Below, in pieces: positions 59,511 to 64,000 of a DNA stretch of 64,000 bases. The position numbers were made by a program, and so were the translations under genes. Numbering within the stretch: the stretch's first letter is position 1; each line of letters opens with the position of its first letter. The DNA is from a virus. The notes under the pieces are model-generated. The model did not search any database. It was not told the DNA's origin and was given only the letters and a program-made list of their open reading frames with translations. The stretch spans positions 1-64,000 of the IMG/VR virus record IMGVR_UViG_3300021957_003133. One strand, given 5' to 3'.

Positions 59511-59674
59511 GTGAAGAAATAAGCACACAACGTATTGCAATAAGTACAGACGGCGTTGAAATAGACAGCAGTCAAGGTGACTTATTGTCAGAAGCAGTCC
59601 TACTTGGCACCATTGTTATAGTAGTAGCTGTATTATACATAGGTAAGAAATGGATAGACAGGAAGTTTAAATGA
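59507..59674 (+). CDS. Small single-pass membrane protein
   Basis: Not in the ORF track. 55 aa MSEEISTQRIAISTDGVEIDSSQGDLLSEAVLLGTIVIVVAVLYIGKKWIDRKFK; ATGA overlaps at both ends. Confidence 0.75.
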   Translation: MSEEISTQRIAISTDGVEIDSSQGDLLSEAVLLGTIVIVVAVLYIGKKWIDRKFK

Positions 59675-60990
59675 GTGACAAAGAAACAGACGACTACTAT
59701 AAAAATCACGAGTATCACGATCGTAAACCTGTGTACATTGATGAAAAAGATTTAAGGACAGATCAATTAGATAGACTTACAAAGAGTGAAACATTCTGTA
59801 TGATCCCTTGGATACACATGCATGCATTCCCCAATGGGCAAGCATTTCCTTGCTGTCTTGCTGACAGTGATCATCCTATAGGCGACTTACATAAGAATAC
59901 TATTCGAGAAGTATGGAATGACACAGCATACAAAACAATGCGTAAGAATATGCTTGAAGAAAAGAGCTGTAAAGAATGTACTAAATGTTATGAACAAGAA
60001 GATATGGGTTTTGTTAGTATGCGTAATTCATCAAACAAATCTTTTGGACATAATATTGGAATAGTGGATGACACCAAACCAGATGGTACCTTTGATGATT
60101 TCAAACTACGTTACTATGATATTAGATTTAGTAACTTATGCAATATGAGTTGTCGTACCTGTGGTGGTTGGTTTTCTAGTTCGTGGCATGACGAAGAAAC
60201 AGCATTATATGGTAAGCGTGAGTATCCTAAATTTATGTTTGCTGGCAAAGACAAAGAAGATATGTGGAATCAATTACAAGAACACATTCCTTATCTAGAA
60301 CAAGTATACTTTGCTGGTGGTGAACCTTTGATAATGGAAGAACACTATCGCTTGTTAGATGAACTAGAAAGACAAGAGTTATTCAATGTTAGACTACAGT
60401 ATAATACTAACTTTAGTAAGCTAAAACTAAAAACAAAACATGTGTTTGACTATTGGCAGAGATTTAAAAATGTGTCAGTGGGTGCTAGTTTAGATGCCAT
60501 GGGAGCTAGAGCAGAATACATGCGTAAAGGCACAGTGTGGGCAGAAACTGTTAGTAATAGAGAACGGATGTTACAAGAATGTCCTAACACAGACTTTTAT
60601 GTTAGTAGTACCGTTAGCATTTACAACGCACTACATGTCATGGACTTCCATCGTGACTGGGTTGAACGTGGATTAATCAAAGCACAAGACTGGAACATCA
60701 ATATATTACAGGGTCCTAACAGAGACAGGATTGATGTGCTACCAAAGATTTATAAAGAACAAGTAAAAGAAAAGATACTAGAACATATTGAATGGTTACG
60801 CCCACAGGATCATTTAAATCGTGCTGTTGTTGGTTATGAAAGCATATTGACATTTATGGAAAATCAAGACCAACAAAACTTGTTACAAGAGTTCTTAGAA
60901 GTAAATGATAGACACGACGACTATAGAAAAGAACAGTTTGAAACGGTGTTTCCTGAATACAAGGAGTTAAGAACATATGTCTCTACCTAA
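59671..60990 (+). CDS. N-terminal-twitch radical SAM protein
   Basis: CMIPW...PCC...CTKC, then CNMSCRTC and AGGEP. Confidence 0.9.
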   Translation: MSDKETDDYYKNHEYHDRKPVYIDEKDLRTDQLDRLTKSETFCMIPWIHMHAFPNGQAFPCCLADSDHPIGDLHKNTIREVWNDTAYKTMRKNMLEEKSCKECTKCYEQEDMGFVSMRNSSNKSFGHNIGIVDDTKPDGTFDDFKLRYYDIRFSNLCNMSCRTCGGWFSSSWHDEETALYGKREYPKFMFAGKDKEDMWNQLQEHIPYLEQVYFAGGEPLIMEEHYRLLDELERQELFNVRLQYNTNFSKLKLKTKHVFDYWQRFKNVSVGASLDAMGARAEYMRKGTVWAETVSNRERMLQECPNTDFYVSSTVSIYNALHVMDFHRDWVERGLIKAQDWNINILQGPNRDRIDVLPKIYKEQVKEKILEHIEWLRPQDHLNRAVVGYESILTFMENQDQQNLLQEFLEVNDRHDDYRKEQFETVFPEYKELRTYVST

Positions 60991-62194
60991 GAAAATATGT
61001 ATGCTACCCTGGATCAGTATCGAAACATCACCTACTGGTACAGCACGTCCTTGCTGTCTGGCTAAGGATGAAATAACAAAACCTAACGGTGAAAAATATA
61101 AGTTAAAAGAAAATACATTAGAAGAAATTTATCATTCAGACTATATGCAAAATCTAAGACAGGAGTTTTTAGATGGAAATAAACCAGAGACTTGTCAACG
61201 CTGTTGGGATGAAGAAGCCGCAGGGCGTACCAGCAAACGTGTTAACAGTCAACTACGTCTAGGACAACACTACAAGAAGATTGATTTTCATAATACTGAT
61301 CCTGATCAACTTTGGTTTTTAGATCTTAAACTAGGAAACATATGTAATTTAAAATGTCGTATATGCGGAAGTTGGTCAAGTTCAAAGTGGGCAAAAGAAG
61401 AAGTAGCATACGTTGACAAGATATGGAAAGGCGATCCTAACTATAGAAGGAAAGAACACCTAGCATTTACATATCTCAAAGACGGTGCTTGGCCTCGCGA
61501 AAGTATTGACTTTTGGGACAACTTAAAAACACTACTACCTAATATCAAATACTTTGAATTTACTGGCGGAGAACCTTTCTTGATCAAACAACATTTTGAT
61601 CTACTAGAATATGCTGTTGAAAAAGGCTATAGTAAAAACATTGAAATACATTACAATACCAATGGCACACAGTTTCCTGAGTCTGCAGAGTTGTGGGACA
61701 ATTTCAAACATGTAGAAATAGCATTCAGTATTGATAATACAAATGAACGTTTTGAGTATGAACGTTATGGTGCCAATTGGCTAGAAGTACAAGAGAATAT
61801 TAAAAAGTTTACAGCTATGCGTAGTAGTAAGATATCAACACAGCTCTGTACTACAATGAATATACAGAACGTCTACTATCTGCCAGAGCTGTGTGAATGG
61901 ATCAATACACAGCAATTTGATTTCTTGTTCTTTAATATGTTGCACGATCCTTGGCACATGTGCGTCAGTAAGATGACCCCGCAAGCACAGAAATTAGTTA
62001 TAGATAGATTGACTAATCATAACTTTGATCCTAGACACAAGATAGAAGTTATGCGTATAGTTAAGTTCATTGAACAAGGTGAAGGCAGTGACGGTATAGA
62101 GTTTTTAAGACAGATGCAGAGGACCGATGATTATAGAGAACAAAGTTTCATTGACACACATCAAGAGATAGCTAAGGCAATGGGCTATGAGTAA
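60977..62194 (+). CDS. N-terminal-twitch radical SAM protein
   Basis: CMLPW...PCC...CQRC, then CNLKCRIC and TGGEP. Confidence 0.9.
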   Translation: MSLPKKICMLPWISIETSPTGTARPCCLAKDEITKPNGEKYKLKENTLEEIYHSDYMQNLRQEFLDGNKPETCQRCWDEEAAGRTSKRVNSQLRLGQHYKKIDFHNTDPDQLWFLDLKLGNICNLKCRICGSWSSSKWAKEEVAYVDKIWKGDPNYRRKEHLAFTYLKDGAWPRESIDFWDNLKTLLPNIKYFEFTGGEPFLIKQHFDLLEYAVEKGYSKNIEIHYNTNGTQFPESAELWDNFKHVEIAFSIDNTNERFEYERYGANWLEVQENIKKFTAMRSSKISTQLCTTMNIQNVYYLPELCEWINTQQFDFLFFNMLHDPWHMCVSKMTPQAQKLVIDRLTNHNFDPRHKIEVMRIVKFIEQGEGSDGIEFLRQMQRTDDYREQSFIDTHQEIAKAMGYE

Positions 62195-62678
62195 TATAGC
62201 ATTAGGATGTAGCCATACCTACGGTGTAGGAGTAGAAAAAGATGAAGCTTGGCCTAATCTACTTGGGCTAGTAAATTATGGAGTTCCTGGGTGTAGTACT
62301 GATTTAATTTGTCGCACCCTGCCTAAGATTTTAGAGAAAGAACAACCAGACATTGTGTATATACTTTGGCCTGATTGGACAAGATTTGAATATCGTAAAG
62401 ATGGAGAATGGATTCAATCACATCCAACAGACAGAAACAGAATTGAATTTATGGAAAGCCACCCAGAAGAATGGCTACGAGAAAATTTTAAACAGCAGGT
62501 AGCACGAGTAAACGAATTGTGTAAAGGTATAAAAGTTAACGCAATGACATTAGATGATTTGATCCCTTTCATTGACAATGCTGATATGTGGCCGCTCAGT
62601 AAATTAGGGCACCACTATGCTCCTGAATGGCACCATTGGGTGGCAGAGATATTTGAGAAACTGAATGAAGCAACCTAA
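62187..62678 (+). CDS. SGNH/GDSL-like hydrolase or acyltransferase
   Basis: Block I GCSHTYG, block II NYGVPG.S, C-terminal GHHY. Confidence 0.6.
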   Translation: MSNIALGCSHTYGVGVEKDEAWPNLLGLVNYGVPGCSTDLICRTLPKILEKEQPDIVYILWPDWTRFEYRKDGEWIQSHPTDRNRIEFMESHPEEWLRENFKQQVARVNELCKGIKVNAMTLDDLIPFIDNADMWPLSKLGHHYAPEWHHWVAEIFEKLNEAT

Positions 62679-63969
62679 GAATAGACCAGAAACGCTGTGT
62701 ATGGCTCCGTGGACTCATACTTACCTATCGCCACAGACTGAACGTAGAATGTGCTGTGCTAGTCGTGAGGATGCACAATCATTTGAGCAGTATATAGATA
62801 CCAAAGCTGGCACAGGCAAATACCAACCAATCACTTTAGAAAAACACTGGAATTCAGACCATATGAAATCAGTGCGTAAACGCATGATGGCTGGAGAAAC
62901 CTTAAAGGAATGTGCCGTATGTAACGATAAGCTGTTGAATACTGATGTTTACCGTAGTTATTTCAACCGAATGTTTAGCGATAAGTATGATAGTATATGG
63001 GACACTACAGATGATACGGGCTACACCACAACAAAGCCTGTAAGCTGGGATTATAGATTCAGCAATCTCTGTAACTTTAAGTGTCGCACGTGCGGTGACA
63101 TGTTGTCAAGTGCATGGGAGTCAGAGCAAAGACAGCATAACACTATCAATTGGGATAATCCTAGAAACAATTGGATGAAACCCGACATTAGGAAACAGAT
63201 ATCTGAGTTTCAGGACAATCAAATTGAGAAAGAGTTCGCAGATGCTGTAGAATCTCATCAAATTGAGGAAGTATATTGGGTTGGTGGTGAGCCATTGATG
63301 TACGATCAACACTGGAGATACATGAAACGTATCGTTGATTTAGGAGATGGGAAAAATGTTTACGCTAGATACAACACAAATCTTAGTCGCATCAATTATC
63401 GCGGTATCAACCTCTATACTGATATTCTATCTAGGCTACAGGATTGGCAAATATGTGCAAGCCTTGATGGTACAGGAAGAATTGGAGAATATATCAGGAC
63501 AGGTCTCAACTATCAAACGTGGGTTGAAAACTTTAAGGAAGGTCTTAAGGGAGTTACTAACGATCGTCAAATGAGAATAGACTTTACACTTACCTTACCG
63601 GGTATGTTTGAGGTTAAAGAGATGGACAAGCTAGCTTATAATTTAGATAGTGAGATATTGGCCAAAGTAATATTCAGTTTCACACCAGACATCATTATGA
63701 GTCCGTTAGCACTGCCAAGGAAACTATTAGAAGAGTGGATTGATGATATATTAGAATCCAAGCTATGTAAACCTGTACTGATAGATATGCTTACCCAACT
63801 AAAAACAAGACCTACGTTCGAAGAACAATGGCCTGATACCTATCAAGAAAGTCTTGCAAAAGGCAAGCGTCGTGTGTTACAATTAGAGAGTATACGTAAA
63901 GATGAATTTACTTTAGCGGATATTTTAAAATCAAGGAAAGAAGTATATGAGTGGTATCAATCAATCTAA
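62665..63969 (+). CDS. N-terminal-twitch radical SAM protein
   Basis: CMAPW...MCC...CAVC, then CNFKCRTC and VGGEP. Confidence 0.9.
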   Translation: MKQPKNRPETLCMAPWTHTYLSPQTERRMCCASREDAQSFEQYIDTKAGTGKYQPITLEKHWNSDHMKSVRKRMMAGETLKECAVCNDKLLNTDVYRSYFNRMFSDKYDSIWDTTDDTGYTTTKPVSWDYRFSNLCNFKCRTCGDMLSSAWESEQRQHNTINWDNPRNNWMKPDIRKQISEFQDNQIEKEFADAVESHQIEEVYWVGGEPLMYDQHWRYMKRIVDLGDGKNVYARYNTNLSRINYRGINLYTDILSRLQDWQICASLDGTGRIGEYIRTGLNYQTWVENFKEGLKGVTNDRQMRIDFTLTLPGMFEVKEMDKLAYNLDSEILAKVIFSFTPDIIMSPLALPRKLLEEWIDDILESKLCKPVLIDMLTQLKTRPTFEEQWPDTYQESLAKGKRRVLQLESIRKDEFTLADILKSRKEVYEWYQSI

Positions 63970-64000
63970 GGTTTCAGTAACACTAAGAAATCCTTTAGTT
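63947..64000 (+). CDS. Possible start of the next gene (partial)
   Basis: ATG 63947, MSGINQSKVSVTLRNPLV open to the window end; overlap style matches the operon. Confidence 0.35.
   Translation, partial: MSGINQSKVSVTLRNPLV

Noticed and set aside
1-64000. Stop-codon reassignment
   Set aside because: Conserved genes are full length in code 11, and TAA, TAG and TGA all end genes at tight junctions.
53689-64000. Classical RiPP cluster
   Set aside because: No evident leader/core precursor, RRE/PqqD domain, peptidase or exporter in the window; neighbours point to sugar chemistry. Not fully excluded because the cluster runs off the edge.

Overview
AT-rich fragment of a large T4-superfamily (jumbo-type) myophage genome, standard genetic code; the host cannot be determined from this window. 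Layout: (1-14 kb, minus strand) virion proteins, major capsid, scaffold, prohead protease, portal and a likely tape measure; (14-15.6 kb, plus) a tail-chaperone-like gene pair joined by a -1 slippery site and a stand-alone small membrane-protein gene; (15.7-24 kb, minus) gp55 sigma factor, gp47, radical SAM, gp46, SDR, radical SAM, two small basic proteins (one Hc1-like), a GIY-YIG protein, then about 440 nt of highly structured non-coding sequence; (24-53.6 kb, plus) baseplate and fibre genes including a 4525-aa protein; (53.7-64 kb, plus) three glycosyltransferase-like genes, five N-terminal-twitch radical SAM genes and an SGNH-like gene. Best candidates for undescribed biology: (i) a GIY-YIG gene followed directly by a large structured RNA with a predicted pseudoknot; (ii) a late glycosyltransferase/radical-SAM cluster beside virion proteins carrying patches of [A/G/S]-N-[aliphatic/T] motifs, suggesting a virion modification system. 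All family calls come from motifs read by eye; no searches or folding programs were run.
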